A stretch of DNA of 53,757 bases from a virus (taxonomy: Duplodnaviria > Caudoviricetes), in IMG/VR virus record IMGVR_UViG_3300005738_000002, positions 1-53,757 of that record. One strand, given 5' to 3'. Made by a program: the position numbers and the translations under genes. The number at the start of each line of letters is the position of its first letter. Positions within the stretch are counted from its first letter, which is position 1. Under the pieces are notes generated by a model. The model worked only from the letters and a program-made list of their open reading frames with translations, made no database searches and was not told where the DNA came from. Below are positions 27,101-37,400 of this stretch, piece by piece.

Positions 27101-29437
27101 GGAATTGTATCTGCTCTTAAAGTTGTGAATACCGGATCAAATTATGATACTGCTACTATCACAATCGAAAGTCCTGGTCTTCCTGGTGGAAGTAATTCTA
27201 CTGGAAGTGTTGCTGTATCTGATGGTATGATCTATGATTCTACTATCACTCTTTCTGGTAGAGGATATACAGAACCTCCATCTGTTGTTATTAGAGGAAC
27301 TGGTGTTGGAAATACAGGTGCTATTATTGAAACAGAAATTGAAATTACAGAACCAGCAGTCAGAATGGGTATTGCTGAGGATGTGGTTGGAGTAGTGCCA
27401 TCAACTACTGCTACTAAGTTTATGTTTGATTATCCTGTTTTCTTACAGAATAATACAGAATACACCTTGGTAGTAGAAACAGATTCTAAGGATTATGAAA
27501 TCTGGGTATCTAAACTAGGAGAAACTGAAGTATCAACTAATACAACTGTTACTACAAACCCATCACTAGGTTCTGTATATAAGTCTCAAAATACCGGATC
27601 ATGGGTAGAAGACTTATTTGAAGATATTAAGTTTACTCTTTACAGAGCAGAGTTTGATTCAACTAAAACAGCAACTATTGATCTAACTACAATCTCTTCT
27701 GGATATGAAAAAATGTCTTCTAATCCTTTAGAGACTTATGCTTTTGCTAATGCTAATGCATCCTCACCATTGTTCAAGAATAATAATAATATTATTAAAG
27801 TTAGTCATAAGAATCATGGATTTGAAGATAGAGGTAATTCCTACGTATTCTTTAAAAATCTAGAGACAACTGCTGGATATACTCAAGGTTCTTTAAACTC
27901 TACTCTATTCAAGGTCACTAATGCTGGTCTCGATACTTTTAATATTACTGGTATTGGTAGAGCAGCTGATACAGTATTAGGTGGAGGTAATAGTGGTCTT
28001 ATTTCTTATAATAGAAAGTATGAAAGACTGGTTGCTCAAATTGCATACCTACAATCACCTTCAACAAACATTGATACATCAGTTAAAACTACTAACATAG
28101 TTCCTATTGATTCTAATACTGAAAACTTTAGTTCATATTCAGTCTCAAATTTCGAGAAAACTTTCTTGAATGAAGAGCAGTTCTTTATTAATCAAAAAGT
28201 TATTACTTCTGATATTAACTCATTGTTGAATAATTTGAACACTAGTCTTACCTACAGACTTCAGTTATCTACAACAAAGAGTTATCTTTCTCCTATCATC
28301 GATCTCAAAACTTCTTCTATTAAAGTTTCTTCTAATAGAATTGAAAAATCGAAAGGTCAAGAAGATAGATTTGGAAAGAGATATCAAATTGTTGAGTTTT
28401 ATCCAGTTTATAAATTTGTTATTAGCGGAAACGTCGATGGTAATGGTGTAAATATTAATGTTTCTCCTGGACAAACAGTTGAAGGAAAAGGAAACGCATC
28501 TTTAAATATTGATGCATCTGGATCTAAAGGAGAAGTTGTTTCATATGAATCTGGATCTAATACATTGTATGTCAAGATTAAAAACTCTAGCGTTTTTGTT
28601 AGTGGTGAACAATTGTTCTTCTCAATTGATTCTCAAACAGGAGCAATTTTAGATGATGCATCATATGATGTTGTAATTTCTGCTGCTGATCCACAGATAG
28701 TTAACCCATCATTCAATTTCAATGAACTGGTAACTGCTGTTAATCCTTCTAATACAACTACGACATATGATAATCTTATTGGAGCAAATGTTGTCCAATG
28801 GAACGTTCCATCTCAAGTATTAACTATTGATAATGATAAGGAACCAATTCTTAAAGATTATGTTAGTAATAACAATTCTGGATCTTTTGTAAGAGCACAA
28901 CTAGTTGCCGATCAAACGGCAGATATTTTTAGAGTTGGAGATCTTGTTTCGTGGTCAGGTTTGCAAGTAGGATATGAAAAATTCTACGAAATTAGATCTA
29001 TGATCTTTAGTGATGGTATTGATTATATTCCTGAGAATAGTGCTAAAGAAACATCAGCGGTTGCAAAATATACAACCAAAGAAATTTCTCTTAAAACACA
29101 AGCAACGGGAATTGATGTCATAATTACTGCAAATGTAAAAACTTCTGAAAATATTAAACTTTCTTATAAAACTAAAACTACTTCTATTCAGAAAAAATTT
29201 GAAGATATTGAATGGGTTCTATTCAATCAAACTGGTTATGCAAATGTTTCTGAATTAGCTACTCCTCAAAATACTATTTCCGCTCAAAAAGAAGAACAAT
29301 CTTCTTATCAGGAGTTTAGATTTAGTGTTGACAACCTAGATGATTTTGTATCGTTTGGTGTTAAAGTAAGTATGGAGTCTGATGATCCCGCTTATGTTCC
29401 TAAAATCCAGGACATTAGAGTGGTTGCTTCTGCATGA
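21182..29437 (+). CDS. Large virion structural protein, VrlC/DUF4815-like
   Basis: NLN..PYF.DFD..KNFYKVLFRPG..VQARELT.LQS, APGAHRLKI.L, KRYTM.DI..L..R...LEYYTS, PLAQTF. Confidence 0.85.
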   Translation: MPQNTNLNAKPYFEDFDPKKNFYKVLFRPGFAVQARELTTLQSALQTQIENFGRNVFKQGDLVVPGEVGFNNRLNYVKLSSVSEVAITDTAGNITYQKYDISQLIGLKVQGVSSSVIASVVATELGSDTESDTLYVNYLDSGASGDEERFRQGETLEVIGGVNSPLLVVGTDGVSLPTSIGVVNPDTNIETFVDSPALGYASAVKVEEGIYFVNGYFVRNSEQLLVVNKYYDSPSAKVGFTIKESLVTPEQDASLYDPSQGYSNFSAPGAHRLKIDLTLVKYDYYELTDKNFIQLLLVKSGTIQKQLKATDFSLVEAAIARKTFDESGDYVVEPFPLQVREYYQNNNNLGFYTADENNLVNGISANVASTKLLGSIGSGKAYIKGYEVKNKETKYLEIDKARDTIKRENETLKTSGLTSFFITNVHGTIPVNTEGADLTSYPTMYLNSVFNDGSVGLNNTESATDSKQTINRRGLGFDVTEGVKTIYCSIEDTNYNIGNFTDATFQSFIPKLYYVKTRTGGGDVNEYGYVDTLAFSIVKRPEIDGTGVTDYLEITVKGTRGELDLFVLNYDLTNSAGNSTRKLYKSQADIESLVTPIFQIRDYNETITPIVGISKPKNISLKKISSGFDRDTDKVLSKGKLAGGLEKYNSIFDLAYFAPQFFTRLILEQSITGDDFTAGKYIYGSVSKAVAVIEGGTSASYSSINKLFVSVVFGEFQDGETIISETGATINIATDNTISHFIVTKAGDDYDQGVKIILDGVTYENNKIQLVVSGANAIERVYVNNRNAVRTKFSQPPVVELSGTVPSNKAIVVPVLFRNSVYTYSPKNIKSIFSEFGSGNSNKFSADVELDQTGYSTTTSVTDFTFSGTLGYKFIECNGFGGDASKNIVQGDVIQFSDTSGSVSKYIVQYATRPDGVKRSRIYLDRTLTSDVSNASVVLQKPVIENPNATLVFPTGDKQIKTLIDSSEDSKFKYFFRRDFITTSSSASGNLTFAAQLPFGTQRFAPFSEDNFLLTVLETGVANHALDSAGQLVLFGGPLSVGDIVYIDKEYVTISQTDSDLTAGSVTLNFPENHFGDIDAIRTALELRVANPQIGDPDITLPSSNFPKMKLTSTLEVSKAKPRLKTSIKNKQIIVQSGGTTIVPFRGQELDGETIQITSYADVFKLNYVYEGSISSPPSVDAGGNLISGTDVTNKYTFDNGQRDTLYDIARLVLKSGLEAPTGQLVISFDYFEHSQGDFCTIDSYLHEAGVGAEEIPFFNSSVNGLVSLKDVVDFRPKVDNSNIVPGYQDQTLLSQTDYLSFSGVSGIPASTPADDSNLDFTIKYNKVQYLDRIDGVFLNTDGNFIVKKGNSSLDPSRPEIISDSIPLYYLYIPAYTDSSRDVRIIPVENKRYTMKDISKLNQRLERLEYYTSMSILEQQSLNMQITDDIGLDRFKCGFYVDSFESHKGDIKSADYLCSIDTQQSVLRPQVSEDNFLVKEINTRNDQREVAGYVNNNGVLTLPYTDFRLLGNNFATKTINPNPFVVLQYVGDLSIDPNVDSWYDKSIAPLITDNNTNLFVPFLAKDDLDVAFASTYNSFVVTWTGTERSFFNINPLSKTNSEVSSSEVVDANVSSSSNISPFNNEVAKGVSTRTSRGKSVVSSLQYFARSIPVKFAIRRLKPKTQVFVYLEGKKINRWVVPDIRFTGIPGNSLSSFNAPIVTDENGNASGIVLIPAGAPPRESVIWTGDIETLAYDQSAEEVRITTGEKTLRFTSSSTNRDKNNVETFAETKFYATGLLPDNPGSIISTKPAYFKANEGTQLVNNNTEIEQKPNPLAQTFKVENFEEGVFATGIDLYIAKKSDSIPLRVYLTDVDSEKPGKNVIPGTEIVKEPYTYIKAFVSASVTILKGENISGINTNASGPILRVLDKNNNELPVSEDNEITLTNEQVYTFVLSNNNGLSFIADETLKINSIVSFNNSNNTEVVARIAKDSGIVSALKVVNTGSNYDTATITIESPGLPGGSNSTGSVAVSDGMIYDSTITLSGRGYTEPPSVVIRGTGVGNTGAIIETEIEITEPAVRMGIAEDVVGVVPSTTATKFMFDYPVFLQNNTEYTLVVETDSKDYEIWVSKLGETEVSTNTTVTTNPSLGSVYKSQNTGSWVEDLFEDIKFTLYRAEFDSTKTATIDLTTISSGYEKMSSNPLETYAFANANASSPLFKNNNNIIKVSHKNHGFEDRGNSYVFFKNLETTAGYTQGSLNSTLFKVTNAGLDTFNITGIGRAADTVLGGGNSGLISYNRKYERLVAQIAYLQSPSTNIDTSVKTTNIVPIDSNTENFSSYSVSNFEKTFLNEEQFFINQKVITSDINSLLNNLNTSLTYRLQLSTTKSYLSPIIDLKTSSIKVSSNRIEKSKGQEDRFGKRYQIVEFYPVYKFVISGNVDGNGVNINVSPGQTVEGKGNASLNIDASGSKGEVVSYESGSNTLYVKIKNSSVFVSGEQLFFSIDSQTGAILDDASYDVVISAADPQIVNPSFNFNELVTAVNPSNTTTTYDNLIGANVVQWNVPSQVLTIDNDKEPILKDYVSNNNSGSFVRAQLVADQTADIFRVGDLVSWSGLQVGYEKFYEIRSMIFSDGIDYIPENSAKETSAVAKYTTKEISLKTQATGIDVIITANVKTSENIKLSYKTKTTSIQKKFEDIEWVLFNQTGYANVSELATPQNTISAQKEEQSSYQEFRFSVDNLDDFVSFGVKVSMESDDPAYVPKIQDIRVVASA

Positions 29438-29628
29438 TAAAAGTCAAAGGTCACGAAAATTTATACAGAGACCCTGAAACTGGGGCAATTGTAAATACTC
29501 AATCGCCCCCAAAAAGATCTGCTTCGCAGACAATTCAGGGAATGAAGACTGACATAAATACATTGAAGGAAGAACTATCTGATATCAAACATCTTCTTAG
29601 AGAGATAATAAGAAATGCCAGCAATTAA
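29434..29628 (+). CDS. Small conserved protein with C-terminal coiled coil
   Basis: MIKVKGHENLYRDPETGAIVN; overlaps both neighbours; contains CATAAATA (29553-29560), a likely late promoter for the next gene. Confidence 0.8.
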   Translation: MIKVKGHENLYRDPETGAIVNTQSPPKRSASQTIQGMKTDINTLKEELSDIKHLLREIIRNASN

Positions 29629-32600
29629 CGTCGCTAAAACAGATACCTTTGAAATTCAAAGGAATAAAATTAATGACATTGGAGTACAAATTTTCAATGT
29701 TACTGCTGGTGGTAGCGATCTCGCCACAGGGGAATTAAAATTAGGTGACGGAACGAAACCTCTACCTTCTTTAGCATTTACTAGTGATCCAAGTTTAGGA
29801 TTTTATAAAGCAGCTCAACAAGAAATTGGGTTTGTATCTGCAGGAAAAGATATTGTTAACTATAGACCTGATGGAATTTTTTCTTTCCAAGATCTTTATA
29901 TTAGAAAAAGGACATTACTTACCGATGGATTAAATATACAAGCACCGGGACAAAATTATGATAGTGCTAGTTATACAGATATAAGTACAACTGGTGGTTC
30001 TGGTTCTAATGGTTCTATAAATCTTGATGTAGAAGCATTTGGCGGAGTATTTACTTCAGTAGGATCTGGATATGGATCTGGACAATATTCAGATATTCCT
30101 TTAGTATCTAGTGGATCTGGATCAGGAGTTATTGTTACATTTGGTACAGTAGAACCTGTTTTTGTTTTAAATAATGCCGGTAGTGGGTATGACGATGAAG
30201 TCTATAGTTCTATCCCAACAACTAGTAGTGGATCTGGTACTGGATTAGTTGTAAATATTACAGTTGAAAGTGGATCTATTACAGAATTTGAAATTGATGA
30301 GATAGGAACAGGTCATAGTGGAACTGATACTTTTACAATTAGTAATTCCGATTTAACATATTTTGATGAGTTAGGAGTAGAGCAAACTAGTGGTGGATCA
30401 GGAATTCAATTTGGTATTAGTAATGATCCTACTTTAATTGATTCAGGAAATTTTGATTTTCTGAATAAGGGAACGGGACATGCAGTTAATGATGTTTTAA
30501 CAACTCCTGTTGCCAGTACTAAAACTGGAGATCTCCCTGGTATTGTTTCTGCATTAACTACTACTCTTAGTACTGGAAGTACAAATATTGTAGTTTCATC
30601 TACTGCTGGTATACTGCCAGGAATGATCCTTACACAGACTGCAGGAGATGGTGCTATTGCTAGCGATACAACTGTTGTATCTGTTGTAAATGGAACTACA
30701 CTTCAAATTAGTCTCAATCCCGAAGTAGATGGTACTGCTACTCTAGATATTGGTAGCGAAAGTCTGAACACACTTTCTTTTTCTGATGTATCTGATATTA
30801 TTCCCAATAGTGGAATATCAGGTGGTGGATATACTGGTGTTGTTTCATCTGTAAACTCAGAAGAAAATACTATTGAAATTTCTCCTGATGTAGCATCTGG
30901 TGGTGCTACAGGAGTAACGTTTTCAATTTCACCCCCATATGGATCAGGAACAGGATTCCAATTCACAATTGATGCCGTTGGTGTTGTTACATCTGTAGCA
31001 GTTAATAATGCCGGAAATGGATATGCTGTTGGTGATGTACTAACAGTAAACCCTCTTGACTTGACACAAGCAATTGAGTATGAAGTAAATACTTTTGATG
31101 GTCAAGAAATTACAGTTGCTAGTGGAATCAATGTAAGTGTTGGTAGTGTTGTTAATGGATATACTCCAGCAGATAGTGAGGCAGGAACACCAGCATCATA
31201 TGGAGATGATTTAGAAGTTATTGAAATTACTGGAGGAACTCCAGGAAACGCAACTTCGTTTATTGCGGATGGTGCTACTACATTTGAAGATGGTGGTCAA
31301 TTTGGAATTAATTCATCAGGAGTCTTTACTGTAGTTGGAACACCTGGAAATGCATTTAGATATAGAATTAATACTGGTGATGGATCTGGATTCCAGACTA
31401 CCCCAACTTTAACTTTATTTGAAGGAAATACATATTACTTTAATCAAATAGATGGAAGTTTTGGCGTTCATCCTATTTCCTTATCTCAACATAGTGACGG
31501 ATCTAGAAATGTAGTCACTGGAATAACTGCAACTCTTAGTACATCATCAAATGTTATAGCAGTAAGTGATGCTACTGGTATTGAAGTGGGGATGATAGCA
31601 AGTGTAACTGGCGGAGTCGGTACAATTGGTATTGGAGATTTTGTTACTGATATAAATGGAAATAATGTAACTATTAGTGGAAATCCTACTGGAGATGGTG
31701 CTGCTGATCTAGAATTTACCGGTGCTGAGTATACAGAAAACGTAGTTGTTGGTGGTTCTGGTCCAACAATTACGATAACTGCTTCTACTCCAAATCCATT
31801 ATATTACTATTGCCCAAATCATGGGAACGTTGGTGGACAATTTACGATAGATGCTAATAATCCAAAAGTATTTGGTTCTGGATTAGAAATTTTAGTTTCA
31901 AGTGTTGATATTATTGATATTATAAAATCAGATATTGCTGATGGCAAATTTACATCGGTAAGTCTTGTAGCAGACACTTCTACTATTGGAGATTCAGTAT
32001 TTACTAATACTATATCATCGCCGGTTGCAAATTTAACTAGTGTTGTTGCATCAAATATAAATGCTACTGCAGGGGCAAATTTAAATATTTCATCCGCTAC
32101 TGCTAACATTGTAGTTACTGCAGGGCAATTAACATTATCTGGAATTGTACTTGATTCATCATTAAATTCTATTACTACAACTGGTGAGATTAAAACTACT
32201 AATCAACTTAATATTAATGATAAGTTGACTATTATTAATAATAGTATTAATACTACTTCTCTTGATGACATTCTTTTAACACCTGGATTAGGAAGGGTGG
32301 CAAAAGTTAATACTACAACAGCATTAACTTTACCTGTTGGTGATACTAATGCCAGACCTACAGTTGGTAATGTTGAAAGTGGAATGGTAAGATTTAATAC
32401 TGATACAAATCAGTATGAAGGTTATAGCGCCAGTGCTGCTTCCTGGTCATCTCTAGGAGGAGTTCGAGATCTTGATGGAAATACTTATATTTTAGCAGAA
32501 GAATTTGTTGGAGCTAATGATAACACTCTATACTTTGTTAATGATGCTGTAACTACTCTAAAGTTAGATAGAAATTTCTTAGATTTCGCAGCAACTAAAA

Positions 32601-33883
32601 ATATTAAATCTACCCGAGTTGGAGCTCCATCTAATAGAGATTGGAATACTAATACTCCTGTTAATTTAGGAGAATTCCTGAAGTATGGTTTAAATTTATT
32701 TGAAGTAATGACTGCTGGTGTTACCGGAACTTCTGGTAATGAACCAACAGATACCACCGGAAGTAATTTTAATAATGGTAGTGCTGTTCTTAGATTTGAT
32801 TCGTTAGCTGTAGCACCTTTAGATATTGATGAAGTAGAAGTTTTAAGAATTGGTGCATCCAATCCAATTGGACTCCAAATAAATGGAGAACTATCATTCA
32901 AAGACAATATTATTTCCACTTTAGTTAATGATTTAGAAATCAAACCAAATTCTGGTCAGAAAGTATTTGTTAATGCAGCAACTTCTTTAGTGATTCCAGT
33001 TGGCGATGGAAATTCTAGAGGTAATGCTGCTCAAGGTTCTATTAGATATAACACTCAAGATCAAACATTTGAAGGATATAACGGAGCGCAGTGGGGATCT
33101 CTTGGTGGAGTTAAAGATGTAGATGGTAATACTTATATTCTTCCAGAGACAGCACCTGGGGCGAATGAAAATATTCTTTACTTCTATAATAATAATGTTA
33201 ATACACTAAGAGTTACAGAAACTCAACTTGAGTTTCGTGAGATTGACACTATTACTTCTTTGCAGGTAGATGGTGCTTCTCTTGATACACTTAATATTAA
33301 TGCAAACTTAGTTACGTTTGAAAACCTGGGAACATCTATAGATAATACATCAACAGACAGAACTTTCTTCTTAAGTACAAAAGAAAATTTTGATTTTGGA
33401 TTATCTTCAGGTCTTACTACAGATACTTTATTAAGATTAAAAGATACTGGAGATATTTTCTTCAACCTTGGATTTGGAACTGGAGTTTATTCAGAATTAA
33501 AACTTCTAAATGAAGATTTAACTACTCTTGAGTTGTCTAAGTATAGATTACATACTAATCAATCCCAATTAGTAAAAAATGTACTCGATCAAGGTTTTAC
33601 GACACTATATAATCCAACAAACGAAGCTTCAGCAAAGGTTACAATAACAGCACATAATAAAACAAGTTCTGAAAAAGAATTTTTAGAATTTGCTGTTATT
33701 GATAATGGTACTGATATTCTATATACAGAATACAATAATATGAAAACTGGTGTAGAAATAATTTCTGTACTATTTGATTTTGATTCTAGTGGAGATGTTC
33801 GTGTGACATATACTTTAGATACAAATTTAAATAATAATAATGCAGTTGATGTAACCGTAGTCACACACGTAACCAAGAGGTAA
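29615..33883 (+). CDS. Virion structural / tail fibre-associated protein
   Basis: DTFE.QR.KIN N-terminus; G.GY beta-repeats; duplicated LP.G....R...G..R(F/Y)NT....EGY...W.SLGGV.D.DGNTYI module; cupredoxin-like YYYC..H motif. Confidence 0.8.
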   Translation: MPAINVAKTDTFEIQRNKINDIGVQIFNVTAGGSDLATGELKLGDGTKPLPSLAFTSDPSLGFYKAAQQEIGFVSAGKDIVNYRPDGIFSFQDLYIRKRTLLTDGLNIQAPGQNYDSASYTDISTTGGSGSNGSINLDVEAFGGVFTSVGSGYGSGQYSDIPLVSSGSGSGVIVTFGTVEPVFVLNNAGSGYDDEVYSSIPTTSSGSGTGLVVNITVESGSITEFEIDEIGTGHSGTDTFTISNSDLTYFDELGVEQTSGGSGIQFGISNDPTLIDSGNFDFLNKGTGHAVNDVLTTPVASTKTGDLPGIVSALTTTLSTGSTNIVVSSTAGILPGMILTQTAGDGAIASDTTVVSVVNGTTLQISLNPEVDGTATLDIGSESLNTLSFSDVSDIIPNSGISGGGYTGVVSSVNSEENTIEISPDVASGGATGVTFSISPPYGSGTGFQFTIDAVGVVTSVAVNNAGNGYAVGDVLTVNPLDLTQAIEYEVNTFDGQEITVASGINVSVGSVVNGYTPADSEAGTPASYGDDLEVIEITGGTPGNATSFIADGATTFEDGGQFGINSSGVFTVVGTPGNAFRYRINTGDGSGFQTTPTLTLFEGNTYYFNQIDGSFGVHPISLSQHSDGSRNVVTGITATLSTSSNVIAVSDATGIEVGMIASVTGGVGTIGIGDFVTDINGNNVTISGNPTGDGAADLEFTGAEYTENVVVGGSGPTITITASTPNPLYYYCPNHGNVGGQFTIDANNPKVFGSGLEILVSSVDIIDIIKSDIADGKFTSVSLVADTSTIGDSVFTNTISSPVANLTSVVASNINATAGANLNISSATANIVVTAGQLTLSGIVLDSSLNSITTTGEIKTTNQLNINDKLTIINNSINTTSLDDILLTPGLGRVAKVNTTTALTLPVGDTNARPTVGNVESGMVRFNTDTNQYEGYSASAASWSSLGGVRDLDGNTYILAEEFVGANDNTLYFVNDAVTTLKLDRNFLDFAATKNIKSTRVGAPSNRDWNTNTPVNLGEFLKYGLNLFEVMTAGVTGTSGNEPTDTTGSNFNNGSAVLRFDSLAVAPLDIDEVEVLRIGASNPIGLQINGELSFKDNIISTLVNDLEIKPNSGQKVFVNAATSLVIPVGDGNSRGNAAQGSIRYNTQDQTFEGYNGAQWGSLGGVKDVDGNTYILPETAPGANENILYFYNNNVNTLRVTETQLEFREIDTITSLQVDGASLDTLNINANLVTFENLGTSIDNTSTDRTFFLSTKENFDFGLSSGLTTDTLLRLKDTGDIFFNLGFGTGVYSELKLLNEDLTTLELSKYRLHTNQSQLVKNVLDQGFTTLYNPTNEASAKVTITAHNKTSSEKEFLEFAVIDNGTDILYTEYNNMKTGVEIISVLFDFDSSGDVRVTYTLDTNLNNNNAVDVTVVTHVTKR

Positions 33884-33885
33884 AA

Positions 33886-34395
33886 ATGGCAGTCAATTTA
33901 AAAAATTTAGATTCTTTAGGTGGGTTTTCAGTACAAAACACAACCGTTGTTAGTGACACTTTTGACGTAAAAAATGTCAATTCGTTAGAACTTAAAAATA
34001 GTTTTTATGGCGATAGTGCAATTTCGCATTACATTCTTAGAGGATTAAATACAAATATTTTATCTGTTGATGATACTGGTGGTCAACTTATTTTGCCATC
34101 AAATACTATTAATTTTATTGAATCAACTATTGTTGGTGTAAATGATACTGGAGCAAGTGTACTAGCACAAAAATTAGAAACTGCAGTTTCAGTGAATTCT
34201 GCTGGTGTTTTGGCAGAGATGGGCACAATGACAACTATTATTAAAGACACCATACCTATTACACAAACATGGACCATTAGTCCATTTACAGGAGGATCTG
34301 CAAATAGATTTAGTTATACTACCACAAGGGCAGGAACAACTATTACTATTAAGTGGATTGCATATACAAGAGTAGTCACTATCGACCATACATGA
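33886..34395 (+). CDS. Virion structural protein (fibre-associated)
   Basis: DSLGGFSV N-terminal motif, beta-rich, between two fibre genes. Confidence 0.75.
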   Translation: MAVNLKNLDSLGGFSVQNTTVVSDTFDVKNVNSLELKNSFYGDSAISHYILRGLNTNILSVDDTGGQLILPSNTINFIESTIVGVNDTGASVLAQKLETAVSVNSAGVLAEMGTMTTIIKDTIPITQTWTISPFTGGSANRFSYTTTRAGTTITIKWIAYTRVVTIDHT

Positions 34396-34397
34396 TG

Positions 34398-34404
34398 CTA
34401 AATA
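34398..34404 (+). promoter_or_regulatory. Late promoter (CTAAATA variant)
   Basis: Intergenic before the fibre gene. Confidence 0.6.
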
Positions 34405-34441
34405 GATAAGAGAATAAAACCTACGGCAAGGCTGAGTAAAG

Positions 34442-37400
34442 ATGAGTTTTCAGTTTAATTCCGATAGAGAAACTATTAGAGCCTTAGCGCCGACTCTTAT
34501 CGGAGAACAAGAATTTTCTATTAGAGCTGGTACTGGATCTACAGAGAAAGAGATTCTACGAACTCTTCTGGATCCAGGTACTAATTTACCTCGTGTTGGT
34601 ATTAATAGAACTGGAAATAGACTTGACCGAATTAGTGTAGATGTTCCCGGATCAGGATACACTCTACAACCAACAGTTACTATTGCACCACCTCCAATTG
34701 GCGGCACACAAGCAATTGGTTCTGCTGTTATTGACGAAGGTTTCGTTACATCTATTTTAATTGATAATCCTGGCGCTGGATACACTTCTGCTCCTGCAGT
34801 TACAATTGCCGGAGGAAATGGTGCTGGTGCATCTGCTACCGCATTTCTAGATACTGTTGACTTTGAACTTGATATTAATGGCGCTATTAGAACTTCTACG
34901 TCTATCATTTCAGATACGGCAAGAATTCTAAACCTAGATATTGACAACTTTGTTACTCCTGATGCCAAATTTAGAGCACCAAGTTTAAAAACTTATCAAA
35001 ACAATAGTGGTATTCCCTGGGCATCAAATACTATTGTCCAAAAAGATGCTTATAGGTATAGAGGACCAAACGTTTATCAAGCATTGAATGCTGGTACAAC
35101 AGGATCTTCGCCACCATTATTTAAAGATGGAACTGAATTAAATGGTGACGTAAACTTTAAACATATTGGTTTCCGTGTTTCGGATTCTCTATCATTTGGT
35201 TATCAAGAAACAGGAGATTCTGGAGAGTTTCCTCGTTCTATCACTCCACTTCTTGGTGATAGATCTGATAAAATTGCTACTACAGAATACGTCCTCAACC
35301 TAGCAACCAATGACGTTGGTGGTCGTATCTACGTTTCTCAGCAGATTGGTAGTGACCTTAATGATGGTCGTTCTGCTGTTGCTCCTGTAAGAACAATCAA
35401 AAAGGCAGCACAACTTGCATGGTCAACTCCTGGTGTCAAAGAAACACTTATTGTTTCTGGTGGAGACTACGTAGAAGATAACCCAATCTCTCTACCACCC
35501 GATGCATCAGTTGTTGGTGATAACTTACGTCTGGTTATCATTCGTCCAGCAAATCCAAGAAAACACATTTTTAAATTTGGTGACAAGAACTATGTAATCG
35601 GTGTTACGTATAGAGACCAAATTGATTCCAGTGGTGATTCTATTGCAACGTGGGACTTTGCAATGGTCTTTGATGACAAGCAAAGGATTAATTATGATGC
35701 TTCAGTTAATGGAGATTTCGGAACCAGTTTCCCAATTGGTACTCAAATTTTTGGACCAGAAAAATTCCGTGCAACATTCCAAACAAACACTGGTCTATCA
35801 GCTCTAGTTGCAAACTTGCCGGTAAAAGGTGTTAACACTGGTGCAGAAGCTACACTTAATAGTGTATCTTTTACTACTTTAACAGGTCCTAGTGCATATA
35901 TTAATGGTAATGTAGAATTTTCTATTGATAGTGGTGCATTTACTCCTGGTGAAACGTTCTTATATGGCGGATCAGGAACAATTAAATGGGAACCTAATAC
36001 CGCATATACTGTAGGTCAAATATTATGGGTAGAAAGTAATGTTTATACAGTAGCAGTTGCTGGTACTTCTGGTGCTTCTTCTCCAATCCACACCACTGGA
36101 ACTGCGGTTAATGGAACTACAGAAGTTACATTCCTTAGAGATGCCTATGAATTTGTATCTACTGATATTAAATCAATTAGAGCTGAGGGTGAAGTAGTAT
36201 TTGAAGATACTGATCTAGACAATGCACTTCCTATTGTAAGAATTGATTTCTCTCAGCAAGGATCATTTAGTGGTGGATATCAAGATCCAGGAGTTACAGA
36301 AGATCTTGGTGGTATTGTATTCTATACTAATGCTCTTGTAGGTCGTCAAAATGTTCATGACTTTAAAGAAGGTCAAGAAATTACAATTTCTGGTCTTCCT
36401 ACATCAACACCAGATTTATCCTTCCTTAATGGAAAGCAAAGAATTTATAAAGTATTAGAAGATGCTGATGGTCGCTGTAGACGATTTGTTATTCCAAAGA
36501 AAACTACACTAACACTTACTGATAATTTTGATCCCGGATCGTTTGCAACAGTTGCTTCTGCTAGTAAATCTATTACTATCTCGCTGCTTAACTCTCCAAA
36601 CAGATTTCCAATGGCAAATCCTATTGCCAGAAGATATCAAGATGCATGTTTGCAAATCAGAAATAACGCCGACTTTATTGCTGATGAAGTAGTTGGTAAA
36701 ATTAACGACGAATTTAAAAAAGATTATTACTCTGTATATGATATTGGAGGTACTCCAAGTCAGCAATTTACACCAACAGATGTAACCTATGATCCTGCTA
36801 CAGGAAACTCAGTATTTACTGTCGCTAATCATGGATTAGCACTAGGTGATGGTGTATCAATTACAGATCAATCTATTGTGTTTACATGCACAATGGATGG
36901 AAATAAGACTGAACATGCATTACCTGATACGGATCAATATGCAAGTGGCAAGTCTTTACCTATTACCGCAACAACAACTAATACATTTACATTAAATGTT
37001 GGTGCTTCCGGTCCTGACGAGCAATTCACTCCAGTAGATGCTGCCTATAATCCAGCAACAGGTGATCTTGTTCTAACTATTGGATCACATAGTTTATCTG
37101 TTGGTGAAGGTATTGTTATCGATGATAATTCGTTGACATTCACCTGCACGATGGATAATAACGATTCTCAGAAATCGTATCCACGTCCTGGTATTGATCC
37201 ATTTGCTGGTAGGTCTATGCCTATTACAGCAACCACAGACACTACCATTACAATAAATGCTGGTGTTTCTGGTCCCAACAAATACTTCACTCCTAGTGCA
37301 GCAAATTATGATGCTGCGAATGGTGACTTGACATTCACAGTTGGTCAGCATGGTCTTGGTGTAGGACGTAATGTTGTTCTTGAGGACAATTCATTAACAT

